NCBI GenBank assembly: GCA_043228905.1
Contig: JBHGNT010000005.1
Span: 6,076,001-6,140,000, forward strand
Reading direction: 5' to 3'
DNA: 64,000 bases
Origin: Azolla caroliniana
Taxonomy: Eukaryota > Plantae > Polypodiophyta
Both the position numbers and the translations under genes were made by a program. Numbering within the stretch: the first letter of the stretch is position 1; every line of letters begins with the position of its first letter. Positions 27,101 through 40,567 of the stretch are shown piece by piece. Below the pieces are notes generated by a model. It did no database searches, was not told the DNA's origin, and saw only the letters and a program-made list of their open reading frames with translations.

Positions 27101-27555
27101 TACAAAAATGAGAGATGATTAGGAGAAGCCTCCACTATGTGACTATTGATACAATGCATTCCATTTGACCACATTCGAGTTTTCTTTCCACGCATTGTCA
27201 ATCAGGGTCCAATCCCTACACACATTCCTCCAACAATCACAACATGCACTCTCTATTGCAAATGTACATCAACAAGATTCTTTAAAATCGGGAATCACCC
27301 ACTCAATTCCACACCTACAGGCTACTAGGAAAAAAACGAATTAATTATGGGCCCACAAGTCATATCTATGTCAAGAATCTTCCAAGTAGGCTTTACTCAA
27401 AACAAAACATTGAGCCATGAATCATGATCCTCCAAGGTAACCTTCCATGGCTAGTTAAGGAGACAACAGAGTAAATCAATATATTTCCATCATCATCACC
27501 ATCAACGCATAGAAAACCCAAAGACAAATAACTGCTAGGAATCCCCAGTATTCGT

Positions 27556-27636
27556 GTGCACACATGCACACCCACACACCCACACACCCACAATCATGTG
27601 CACACACACACACACACACACTCACATACATACACT
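27556..27636. repeat. Imperfect (CA)n microsatellite
   Basis: CA-rich run. Confidence 0.85.
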
Positions 27637-27671
27637 TAACAAGCCGACGGAGCTCAATGAATTGGGGTCTC

Positions 27672-27844
27672 AAAAACAGAGCCAAAACTAGAGAAAGTCC
27701 GAGACTACCATGGCCGGCTGGCCAAAAACAGAAACCAGAACTAAAAAGAAAGTCCAGGACTACCATTCCACGGGCGGCCGGCCGGCCAAAAACAGAAATC
27801 AGAACTAGAAAGAAAGTCCTGGACTACCACACCATGGCCGGCCA
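27672..27844. repeat. Three diverged ~50-65-bp tandem units ending in GGCCGG(C/CT)GGCC-type tracts
   Basis: AAAACAGA..CAGAACTA...AGAAAGTCC.GGACTACCA..GGCCGGC repeated 3 times. Confidence 0.85.
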
Positions 27845-28359
27845 CATGACACTCGGGGATTGACAGCATCAAATTGTCTGGCAATTAACCAGTGAGGACC
27901 TTCTTCTACTCCACTGCCACAGTCAGATGACGAAGGATCTCTGCTTGTATTTCTCTGTGTAACTCGAATCCATGGAAGCTGCGGCGTAAGAAGACAAATT
28001 CAGAAAATGAAAGAATGAAAGAAGACGTAAGGAAGAAACGTGGCTGCGTTTTTATCTTCGTAAGTTCTCATCTTTTTCTTTGCTTTACCTTCTTCTGGTG
28101 TTTCACGCGCCAAAAACCATTACGCCACCTGAATTACATGATTTATTGAAGGTATGGAGCACAAACAGGAGATCTCTGTGGCGTTGTTGACAAAAAAGAC
28201 GACGTGCACAACAGTAATAAAAAAAGAAAAGGTGTATGAGTGACGCCTTCTTGTTGTTGTGAAATGTCTTTTGAGAAATCATTTATAGCTCATTGCTTAG
28301 AAGATGATTAATTATATAAAAAAATTACGTATACTTTCATGATTAACTGATCAATTATG

Positions 28360-29835
28360 AAACTGAGAGAAACAGATATTTTTCTTGTTGTAAACCATGG
28401 ATATGCGCTATTGTAAAGATTTCCTCACAAAGTTATGGTTTTTCTTCTTGTTTGTTTGATTGACCATGATGATCCATGAACACACCATCTTCACGTGATA
28501 TAGGTTGATTGTATTAACTATGGATTTGTTCACTAGTAAATGTTATACGGTTAGTCCATTTTCTTTGTTATGTTTTTGAATCCCATCTATCAGTTCGTAG
28601 CCAATTGTGTGGAAGATCAATCTACAGATATTTTTTACATGTCAAATCATATCATATTAGCTAAGAAAATGAACTGTGGACATGTCTTATGCATATTGGA
28701 AACATGTCCATGATATTAATGTGTAGTAAAGTTTTGTTTCATTTATTATGGTGTGATAGCTTGGATGATCTATTGACGGATGATCTTCAATGTGAAAACA
28801 TATCACATGAACTGAGCAATGAAAGCGAGAGAAGATATTTTAGTATACTGCAAACCATGTGCTCAGTTACCTTCTTTTTGTTAAAATCAATGTATCTTCT
28901 TTGCTGTATTGTCAACCGTATCATATCAATTGATTACACAATGAAACTGCGAGCAAGCTTTCTGCATATTGTTGAAAGACACATGCATAATGGTAATGTT
29001 GTATGGTAAATTTCCTTTCTTATGTTTATAATTGAATAAATGTTTTCGCATGATCAATTAACAGCACATCTTCTCTACATGTCAAACTCTATCATATCAT
29101 GCACAAATAAATCTGAGCAGATCTCCCTTGCTATATGCTGAATTTGATGTATAGACAGATAACTGATAGCAATTAAAACTGAAACAGATAATCTTTGTCA
29201 TTTTGAAATTATCTTTGTCTTGGTAGTTAGCTGTGTAGAAGATCAATTGACAAACCGTAACATTTCAAAGTATAACATCTTACATCTCAATCAAATTGAG
29301 CAGATCTTCTGTACATTACAAACTAAAACACAAACACAGCAGATTTTCTTTCTTATATTTCGGTTTCAGTTCATGGAAGATCATTGATGAACAAATCTTT
29401 GTGACATTGCTAATTGTATCACATCACATAGCAATGAAACTGAGGAGATCTTCTGTCCATATTAATTACCAATCAATAAACTTGAGTAGATTGACTTTGT
29501 CGTGTATTGAACTTAATCTATATTGTGGTAGGAAGTTGTTTAGAACATCTATCAATAGATATTCTTCACATTTCAGACCATTTCATACAAACTGAGCAGG
29601 CCTTCAGCATCTGCAAACCATGTCAATCACCGAACCATGAAATTGAGCAGATGCTCTGTGTCATGGTTTGAAAGTGATCTATTAACCTGATTGTCAATTG
29701 TGTGGAAGATCAAATCAGCAGATCTTCTTCACAGTGTGAAACCATATCACATTGACTGTGTGGATCTTCTGCACATTCCATACATATCACACCACTGAAC
29801 AAATGAACCTGAGCAGATATTCTGCATATTGCAAT
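28360..29835. repeat. Highly degenerate tandem repeat array in the presumed 5'-UTR intron of the INT gene
   Basis: AA(C/T)TGAGCAGATCTTCT-like motifs recur at ~28810, 29111, 29295, 29438, 29590, 29641 and 29806; TGTGGAAGATCAA-like motifs at ~28608, 29232, 29372 and 29699. Confidence 0.6.
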
Positions 29836-30209
29836 CATAGGAAAAGGAGACTATTCTCAAGAGTAACATCATTTCATATATTTTTCAAACTGTTTATGAA
29901 AGATATATATATTGCTTTAAAGTTTGTGTGATCGAGGTGCAATCAGTAATAGATATAAACTAAAGAGGAATCGGGCTTCCTTCTGTTATAGAAGTGCATG
30001 AACTCATAATTTATTGGAGCAGATAGAAATCATAATGCAGGCAGTTGATCTCCATGAGTATTGTTTCTTATATTTTCCAGACATTTGTTTCATAAAGTAT
30101 AATAATCTTCTTTTGTGTGTAACAGAGGTAGAAGTACTTATGTATAAATCCCCAGAGGAACCAGAAATCTTGTCGTCATAGAAGCACAAGGACTTTTAGA
30201 TTACGTGAG

Positions 30210-33200
30210 ATGGGGATTCAGAGTGCTCATCGACAGCCTCTCCTCGAGTCAAAAACAAGAGTTTGGTCCAATCCTTATCTTCTGAAACTCATTCTTTCAG
30301 CTGGCATTGGAGCTCTTTTATTCGGCTATGATACAGGTTTGTAGTGGGAAAAAAAACAAGATCTATATTGACTGGAAAATTCTTAACCAATATATGAAAT
30401 GACAGGCGTTATTTCTGGTGCTTTACTTTATATAAGAGAGGATTTCGTTGCAGTGGAGAACAGTTCATTGCTCCAGGTAATTGCCCTTTTGATTTGTAAG
30501 AGCTAGAGTAAGGATGTGCCACCTGATGTGCCACCTGAGTTAGCAACTTTATGTTAAAGCTTAATAAACTTAGCAGCCAGCTCAATTCAGGTGGAAAGAA
30601 TTTTTTTCTATTTTCAGCCATTTTCCTCAGATTGATCCTCTTATGATGATGGCGTGTGAGACTAAAATACAATAGCATGCTTAGTATTTTAAATTGATAC
30701 TGCTACTAAATCTGAAAATTGATACTGCTACTAAATCTGAAAATTGATACTGCTACTAAATCTGAAAATTGATAATGCTACTAAATCTGAAAATTGATAA
30801 TGCTACTAACTCTGTGTGGGACATTGTTTTAGAAATCCATCAGAAATGTGTCTGAATCTAATGGAAATAAAATAAACAGGAAACCATTGTGAGTATGGCA
30901 ATAGCTGGAGCGATACTTGGGGCTGCTTTTGGTGGATGGATGAATGATAGATTTGGGCGGAAGCCAGCGACGCTTTTAGCAGATGCAATTTTTACAGTAG
31001 GAGCAGTTGTAATGGCTGCAGCCTCTGATCCGTATATGCTGATTTTTGGCAGACTTTTGGTGGGTTTAGGTGTTGGTATTGCCTCATTAACTGCCCCCCT
31101 TTATGTCGCAGAATTCTCCCCATCCGATGTGCGGGGGTTTCTTGTAAGCACAACTGTATTGTACATAACTGGTGGCCAGTTCCTCTCTTACCTCATCAAT
31201 CTTGGTTTCACTGAGGTAAATGTTCATTTTTTGTTGAGGCACATTGTCTATTCATTTTTGGCATTCAGTAAAACTTTGTAACTAAAAAATGAGATGCAGT
31301 TGCAAATCCTGATTATGTATTGAAGAAGAACATGATAATATGTAATATCTTATACTACATATGTTCTAGTGAGTTTATTGTACTTGAGTTGAAACTTGCA
31401 TTAGGGTGGGTATGAACTTTGCAGGAACAGTGATTGGAGTTGATTACACATTTTTCACATCTATTCGGCTTGACATTCTGGTCCAAAGCACCAATATTAA
31501 TTACCAGGATATTGCATTCTTAGGATTTTCCATATTTTGCAATTGCAAGATCTCCTTACGCGTGTAGAGCCACTCCTAGATTATACTTATATGAGATTGA
31601 TTTTTGGGGTTGATATTCTCATATAGAACATTCAATATAACCAAGGAAGCCAAGGATCATTCTTAGTCTAGGACATTCGTTCTTTTGTAAAAAGATGTCA
31701 GGATTTGGAGATCAAGAGTGTATCTCAATTTGCATTTACTCCAGAACTTTTAAGTTCCACAACCCCTCTATTGCATTTATTTTCCGGAATGAATCAATGA
31801 GTAATAGCAACTTGAAAATAGAAGTTTATAAATGAATAAAAACTCCGGATAAAATGATTTATTATAGGCATCTGGTATGTGAGGTTTATGTTATTCAACT
31901 GCACTTTTGGAATTTTGAGATAGAACTTCCTGCAGGAGGCGCTTGATATTCTGCTTGTTTATGAGTCATATATTGATGATTGTGATACTAGGTCCGGGAC
32001 ATTGTGGTCAAACTGTGAAGTATATCCTCACAGTGGCAATGGTAGTGGCAATTACGAAAAGAGTTAAATGAACCACAACATTATGGTAGTAAGTGAGATT
32101 GCATTAGTTTATTGATAGGAAGTTAGTATAATTGTCACTTATGCCTGTTGGATGTCTACAGAAAGTAAGAAGTATATGCAATTATGTGCTCTTCGGAGGT
32201 TAATGTTCTGTCAGTCCAGATTGGAAACAAACACATTTATCCATGCCCTGATTAGATGAAATTTATTATAATGATTATATCATGGAGTGCTGTGTAGGTT
32301 AATGGAACGTGGAGGTGGATGCTTGGAGTTTCTGCTATACCAGCTATACTTCAGTTCATTCTTATGTTGTCTCTTCCTGAATCTCCTCGCTGGCTTTTCA
32401 GGAAGGTAATATAAGATTCATAATATGTATTTACGTTGAAGTTCAATGTATTGGTAATGCATGTGTATAGTTGAATATTTCACCATTCAGGGGAAATATA
32501 AAGATGCAGAATCAGTACTAGAGAAAATCTACCCTCCAGAAGAATTGGAAAATGAAGTTCAGGAGTTGATGTTGTCAATCAACAAGGAAATTGAGACAGA
32601 TGCTTCCTTGAGAAGCATAGGAATGTTCGATCTTTTGAAGAAAAGGGAGATACGGGCCGCATTAGTTGTTGGAGTTGGCCTACAGGTATATTATAATACA
32701 AAGACCCTTATAGTACAGTATTTACAATTACAAATTTAATAAATTGTGTTCTCATGAATTTTGAAAACTTTGGAATCCTATGGTGCTTTTCCATATATTA
32801 TATTACTTTCTTTTTGTAATGCTATTCATATAAGTGTTATGTGCTTAACCTGATGAGGAATTATTCTTTCAGGTTTTTCAACAATTTGTGGGCATTAATA
32901 CTGTGATGTATTACAGTCCAACCATTATGCAGATGGCTGGCTTTACATCCAATCGCTTGGCTTTGCTTCTTTCATTAATAACAGCTGGTTTAAATGCGAT
33001 TGGCACTGTAATAGGAATGTATCTCATAGATCGTATTGGACGAAGGCATCTAGCCATCTCAAGCTTGATAGGTGTGATAGTGGCTCTTTTACTCTTATCT
33101 GTATCATTTCAACTTTCAGCATCATCATCACCATCAGTTGAGATAGTGGATGTTGATACCACATGTTCATCACTTGTGAATTCTTCCCAAGTTGCATCAT

Positions 33201-33977
33201 GGAACTGTGATTATTGCCTACGACAAGGATGTGGTTTTTGTGCAGCCGATGAGAGCATGGTATACATATACATACACACATATATGGTTTTGGTTGTTTA
33301 TTTATTTAATATGTTTGGAGAAGGAAAGAATGCCCATAAGTTATGAATAGTTACCAGAATAGCCCTTTGTAATGGTTAATTTTGCACTACAGAGGTGGTT
33401 TGGTAAAAATTTGTAAACGTAATGATATTCTGGTAATTATCCATTGGGATAGAGGTATTTTGTACTTTTGAGAAAGCTTTCCAAGGATTATTGATTATCT
33501 GCCATTGTTTATCATTTCCAGAGTCCTGGTACTTGTCTTCAGCTGACGAGCTCTCTGACATGCACCCAGCAATCTAAGCTTTGGTATTCAAGTTTTTGTC
33601 CAGGCAATTTTGGTTGGTTGTCAGTATTAGGTCTTGGACTCTACATTATTTTTTTCTCTCCGGGCATGGGGCCTGTTCCGTGGACTGTAAACTCAGAGGT
33701 ATACCCTTTACAATATAGAGGCACTTGTGGTGGAATTGCAGCAATGTCAAACTGGATATCAAATTTGATAGTATCAGAATCCTTCCTCTCCCTTACCGAG
33801 GTTGTAGGGACAGCAGCAACATTTCTCATCTTTGGTGTGGTTGCATTGATTGCTTTGGTATTTGTTTGGAAGTTTGTTCCTGAGACGAAGGGCCTCTCTT
33901 TTGAACAAGTTGAGAACCTTTTCAAGCAGAAAAAGGCAAGTGATCAACCTTCCAATAATAATACCTCTGAGATATGA
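30210..33977 (+). CDS. INT: Inositol transporter (MFS sugar porter, INT family), ~559 aa, 7 coding exons
   Basis: Exons 30210-30336 (..[13 protein letters not shown]), 30406-30476 ([13 protein letters not shown]), 30880-31215 ([30 protein letters not shown]), 32298-32405 ([15 protein letters not shown]), 32491-32685, 32873-33259 ([31 protein letters not shown]) and 33522-33977 ([22 protein letters not shown]). All introns are GT-AG and the frame is continuous. Probable non-coding exon ending at 28059 with an acceptor at 30125. Confidence 0.93.
30691..30809. repeat. Minisatellite, 25-bp unit (AAATTGATACTGCTACTAAATCTGA) x~4.8 in INT intron
   Basis: Nearly identical head-to-tail units. Confidence 0.95.
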
Positions 33978-35394
33978 GGGTGGGTTAGTGCTGTGCAAAT
34001 CTTTTTGAAATTTCCAAAATCATGTATATAACTTCAGTATAGAATTTAGTGCAAATTGAATAAAGATCGGACAATGTACATTTTCGTTGTAGCATTCGTG
34101 AATGGATTGGGGATGAATAAAGATTAGTGAAAGTTTGACGGTAACTATTTGGGATGCACATTCCAGTTGTGCTATGTTGCTGAATTTCCGAAAGTCTTGC
34201 ATTCGAAGTTCAAGAAAAACTGATACAGCTATTATTGTATGCACCCAAATTATTTAAAACAACCTGAATATTCACTGTGCTGGATGTAAAATAGGGCCAG
34301 ACATTATACAGGAGCACCACTTTCAAGACTGTATTAAGAACCTTGATATATCAAGCAATGTTATACCTATGGTATCAGAATGTTTTCAATGGAAAGGAAA
34401 TATGGTGGTTTTTATGTTGTGCATTGTTTGCAAGACTATATGGAGAATGTCTTTAAGCTTCATTCTTTGGTGTTTCTATATTGATAGCATTTTGTGCTTT
34501 CATCGCAAGTACTTTTGATTATTCCCCTTGGATTGAGTTATTGGAAATCATATATGTGGAATATAGGGGTTCTATAAGAAGACTAGTGTATTCCTTCGCA
34601 CTTCATGGGGTTTAATGTTCGATATATAAAAATGTTCAAGCAATTAGGGGGACACTTGGGTAGACATTGGCAATCATGTATGTGTTATTGATTTTTGAAT
34701 GCACTTCAATTATTGTGTGTTGATAAAAGTGATAGAGGAAGTTTGATTAATGGCAAGGTGTCGAAGTTGTCATTAAGGGGCTAATATCAATTACACGTAT
34801 CGATTACATGTAAAAGTTTAAGGCATGCTTATAACATATGTTTAACTTGCATCATTTTAATCTGATATTTATGCATAATCCTTTAAAGAATAAGCTTTAC
34901 TACATGATAATCTATTCTCCTTGTTAGGGTTACTTACTATATGTGCTCTAAGGTGTTGCCTCTTGGGTCACATTGTAGGCCTTTCAACCAAGTCAAGCCT
35001 CACCGTAGATGTATGTGTTATCTTCATTGCTAGGTCCCTGATATGGCATATGGCACTTCCATTGCTTCTCCTTACAATTGCATACTCATATTCTTTTCAT
35101 CCCTCTCTTCTACTCCCTTATAGCCACACAAACCAAGTAGCCATTCCTTCTTTGCTTCTTTAGAGTTTGTTCCAATGTTTGATATACATACAAATACATG
35201 TAATTCTTTGTTCCATTTGAATGCTTGTATTGCACATCTTTAAATCCTTGCATAATGTTTTAGGCACATGGTTATATTACTTCTACAACAACCTTAACAT
35301 CATTACCACTTCCATGAATAGTACCCATACCATCATACTATTAATTTCTTCCAATCTTCAAATGACATTCAAATCTCATTACGACCATTGAAGC

Positions 35395-35580
35395 TCGTTA
35401 AAAAGCTATAAATGATTTTGGTTACATGGACTAGTTTTGGATTGATGTATGATAAAGATAGTTTATCTTTTGAGTTATATTGATATGTTGATTGTGTGAA
35501 AGATGAAACATCAGTTAAAAGCACAAGTGGATTAGTATGCGCGTTCAATGGTGCAACAATCATGTTTGTGGAAAGGTGAT
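35395..35580 (+). mobile_element. Old copia RT/RNase H junction fragment
   Basis: Translates FGLMYDK..ELY*YVDC...VKSTSGLVCAFNGATI, resembling the copia GY.DAD...KSTSG....GA.I motif. Confidence 0.5.
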
Positions 35581-38500
35581 TGAAGTGATCATAGATCTAG
35601 GACATATCAAAACTAAAGATGAGACGTTTGATATCCTTAAACTCTTCTTGAGGTAGGTTTTTCAAATTAAAAAAAGAGGCATTCATGATATAAACATGTG
35701 TTTAAGAGGGGATTTTTAATCCAACTTACATTTACATATTGGATGGGAATAAACATTATCTATTTAAAAATTGAGTCCAAATTGTTTAAGGAATGCTCCA
35801 GAGTCCAACCTAAACCATTTAGTAGATAATTGGAATAAAAAAAGTGAAATAAAAAATAAGAAAATAAAGTTATAACATTTTTCATGTTTTTATGACACGA
35901 AAACAAAGGTTGAGATCTTTTGTAGACATATGTTATGGTTTGCAATTCCTATATAAAATTATAATGTCAAATGACCCTACAAGCCATTTACATCACAGTT
36001 TAAAACTTGATTAACCATTAAACCAATACACTTTCAAATCTAACAACCGAATATTTTAACCTAAAACCGGTAAATATGTGTGATTCCATACATGGCTCAA
36101 ACATGCCCACATGCATGACCCCCCAAAAAATCAAATTGTATGGCTCACACATGTGAGGAGAAAGCTTTATTATGGACAAAGTGTCTAAGTGAAAGTTATA
36201 AGGTACACTAATAAACTAGACCTACAAATGATCATTTTTATCCAATGTTAGATGTTAGACATTTGTGGAAACAAATTGACCTATATGATACTATGAGTAG
36301 CCTTATAAAACATCGATTATCTGATGTGGACCAAAATACATTCCAATTTCTCAAAAGTAAATGAAAAGGTAAATGAAAAAGTATATAAAAATGTGCACGA
36401 GTAATGAATGGATCTACATAAACAAGTTCATACTTCAAAAAGTGTACATCTCCTTGATAACATATTTTCCAATTTCATTTTTAATTAACACTTTCTTGTA
36501 GGGGATGACCACATAAGTTGATGTATGGTGTCTAATAGCAAGGGCACACCAACAAGTTTGGGTACATCTATCAATAACTAGTGGAACCGAGGAATTAGTT
36601 TGGGTACAAATTTGGGAGTGCCACCCTCTTTCTAGTGTTTCTTCACATTAATGGCCTACCACACTACCTTGTAACGTTTGTAATACCAAACATTCAATGT
36701 TGATCCCTCACAATTATGAGAAAATGTAGTTCTAGGTTGTTAGGCTCTACAATTACAAGTTAACTCCATAAGAGAATGTGTAGCTTTCAAGCATTCAATT
36801 CAACACAACCTAGCTAAGCTAATTAAGCATGCTTGTAACGTCCTCATGTATGCACGTTATCTCTATCTTCCTTAGTTACTTCATTCTTTTTAATTTCAAA
36901 TATTTTTATTAGAGACTAAGACACATGAAAAGTAGCCTTTCCATGCATTGTTATATCTCTCTTTCTTTCGTTATTACAATTGTTCATGTTTACGCACATC
37001 TACTCAATCATGTAAATATGTGTGCTTCTAGTCCCTCTACTGCTGTTGTTTTTTTGGTACACTAACACCGCTACTACAATTCATTGTGTGATATCCTACA
37101 AAACGAGTAGGATTGTTTCTATGTATGGAGCTATTGCAATCCATCACATAATATTGCAAGCATGCTTACTTTCTAATTAAATAACAATGTCTAGAAAACT
37201 ATGGTCTAGAGCGTTGTGGATAGTGTTTCATATGCGATCCATTCCCTTGGAGCCACAAGTTCATAGCAACACATGATCCAACGTTATGGATTGGTGTAGT
37301 AAAAACACATGTTTTACTCCAATGCAACTATTAAAAATATATTCTTCAAGTTTTGAAATTCACCTTACACAACAAAAAGTCATCAACCTCGAAGTATTAG
37401 GCTTTAAGATTTAGTTGATGACTATCATATCGACAACAATAACAAAATAGAAGTGAACCGTACAATGCAGCTCCGTGAAAATAATAAAGAAAAAAAGAAA
37501 ATTTCAAATAAGCTTCATTCTAACAACAATATTGAAGTTCCAAAACTCTATTCAAGCTTAATAGGAAGTGCTACTGGTTTGGAATGTACTTAACCACCAA
37601 TTTAGGAAGACGACAAAGCTCACCTGGTTCTTTGCAAAGCATTTCTATGCATGAGAACATAAAAAAGCCCATTCATTCCACAAATTTGCTTCGACTAGTC
37701 TAAAAACCATTGCAAGAGGCATATGTTTTCCAACACAACTTTATGCATATTTTGCAAATACTTATTCTATGTGACAATCTACATTACATGGTGTGACCCT
37801 GGTGATATAGATATATTTTTAATGTGCAGAACTTCAACAAGGAGTGATTTACAATCAAGTGAGTCAAAAATAAGATCATAATACCCTTGGAAAGTCCACA
37901 CACGTGTTTGTTTTAAAGACCTTGTGAAGTATAGGAAGGATCTGAAAACTTGAAACTAAGATATGCATAGTATAGGAAATCTATCATTTCCAACATGGTG
38001 CCATCATGATATCCACACAAATAAGATATAGAAATCTGCATGTTATGCATATGCATAAACTTTAGATACATACAAATTACATGAGCATTTTCATTAACTA
38101 TATCTCACATCTTAAGCTCTAGTAAGCCATATGTTTTCATTCAAAATCTCATTAACCTTACCACAAGAATATCTCATTAAACCTACACAAGCAATATAAA
38201 TTATGTTGCTAATAGTTATGCTTTGTTTGTCAAAGTTTACATTTACATACAACTAATTAATTTCTATTCCAACAAAATCATTGATTGTCTCCACCTCAAA
38301 TTTTAGATTTTTTAAAGATATTTCAAAACTCCATTTAGTCAGCTGTTTCTATTTTTGACAATCATTGAGCATATGTGTGCATGAACGAATTTGTATTCAC
38401 GTGTTTCTACTTTGAATGTTTTTTTGTAAACCTTTTTTATGGATTTTAATTGAACATTGGAATTCCCACCAATAATATACAAGAATGATATCAATTACAC

Positions 38501-39379
38501 AATATCTTGTGTCATCACATTCAAAAGAAGGGCCCAAAACATTTTCGCATGCTCTAGTGCGGCATTCCATCATTCCAGAAAATAATTCCATTCTTTCTCC
38601 ATGGTCTTCATTTTTGGTGCCAAAAAACCCATCACTAAACTAACTCCTGGCTTCTTCACAAGTTGACCTTTTTATCAAACTTGTCATATGCAAACAGGAA
38701 GTATAACCTTGAAAACTCCCTCAGCAAGAGTCATTGTATTAACCTATAAAGTATCCATCAAACACAATAATGAGCACAAACTTCAAAATGTTTACTCCCA
38801 TAGCAATCCAAAACTTGGATCAACGTATAATAAAGACTATTCATCTAGCCTTTCTGTTATGAAGTTGGGGTAAATTAGTATTTAATACATTCCACGTATT
38901 AGAAACAGAAACTAAGACCATGTAAAACATTGGCTAGAACCTCATAGAGACGTTCTCATATATGTATATAGTACAACAGTGAAGATTAGATAAAGAACAG
39001 ATCAAACATGCCTTAAGGATCGGCAACCTGTACAACTTCTTAGTATCTCAGTCATTTAATCCCACATTTATATACCTCAAAAGTTCTACAACTTCAAATA
39101 ATGCTGCTGTAAGTCTCAAGTTCTACCGCAGAGGCCACATAACATCCACACAAACTAAAGAAAAACATATAGAAAGTAAATACTAAAATATGTTACAAAA
39201 ATATTTTTGGAATACGAAAACCCATGTCTTGAGAGATTCAGTGTTTTCTTTAGTATTATCCCCATCTATCCAATGAAGCAGGTATGGCCATATTGCAAAA
39301 GGAATGTTTTATGAAAAGTGGCAGATTTTTTATACCACCTGTTGTCCTATAATGAAATGCACTCATTATGGTGGTATCC

Positions 39380-39800
39380 TCCCTTCATTTGATTTGCTGA
39401 AATACCTTATGACGTAGTTGACCAAATAGTTCATGAAAATCCTTCGTAATTGAGAGGAGAATGTCTGGGGTGGCTATGCAGTTCAAACGAGGAAAAAGAA
39501 CCTATTCATAGGCCATGCTTAGCAAATCCTTCCCAAGGTAACCTTTCACTATTGAATCATCCCAACCAACCTCGTCTTTATGTAACCTTCTACCCATGAC
39601 TACGGATAACGATATTATTCATTCCAAAAATTCATCATTTTTCAACAACCAGGTCATATATACTATTATAAAGAAGAACAATAATCTTCAAGGAACCATC
39701 CTATGTAGCAAAAAGAATATGGCTAGTTCATTCAAACATTTATGTCCCACCCTTATTTCCAACAATACAACATCAATCTTGGGTAATTTGACATGTTAAC
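39380..39800 (-). mobile_element. Possible very old L1 endonuclease fragment
   Basis: Minus-strand PKIDVVLLEIR and WLG*FN, weakly resembling the L1 EN D.V.LQE and GDFN motifs. Confidence 0.25.
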
Positions 39801-40567
39801 AAGTGTCTCCTCATCAAATAGAAATGCTTCTTTTGAGAATTTAAGCTATTTGTCCATTTCATAATTAAATCATAACTGGACTAATTCCCCATTTCAGGAT
39901 TGGGTGCTTAAATTAAGCAGTTTCTCCATTTAATGGTTAAATAGAAGAATAATTGGACGATGCAATTAATTTTAGTATCAATAGACGTATTTAGAGAAAT
40001 AGTTTTTTGAGGTTATTTTATCCTAACGGCCTGACCAATCTAGATGTTCTTTCATCCCTCCATTCAGCAAAACAGCTGCATCACCTTCCCCTACCAAACC
40101 ATTCTAATCCCCATCAACATGCAAACCGTTTCCATCCACATTCACTCTTCTCTTGGGTTTTCAGTAGTATTAACTATTTCTCCATAATATTGTGTTTTTA
40201 GTTTTGGATGATTAAAGAAACCCCAAGCTTCTCCAAATGCTATATATTTTCACTACCCATAGGTAAGACTATAAATTTCTTTTGAAGTATCCGAGTCATG
40301 AAAAATCCAAACGATGATGAGCTGGTTATCCACAAGTTAAATGTAACTTTTAAATGTAACACTGGCAAAGAGAACATGAAACGATGAATAGAGAAACCTG
40401 CTTTTACAAGAAAGGACTCCAACTTTATCCAATCAAGACCAGAAATGTGACATATTGAGAAAAACATTTTCACAATATTCTGAATGACTAGATCTAAATA
40501 TTATTTCATCTGTTAAAGCAAATTTTACTGCTCATTTATATGAATAGCACAAGTCTGAATCTCATAC

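Noticed and set aside
30691-30809. CRISPR-like array
   Set aside because: Head-to-tail 25-bp units with no spacers, inside a eukaryotic intron: a minisatellite.
34370-34380. PBS-like TGGTATCAGAA
   Set aside because: No adjacent LTR end or gag sequence could be identified.
37125-37300. Weak inverted repeat (GCAATCCATCAC / GTTATGGATTGG)
   Set aside because: Too short and mismatched to distinguish from chance.
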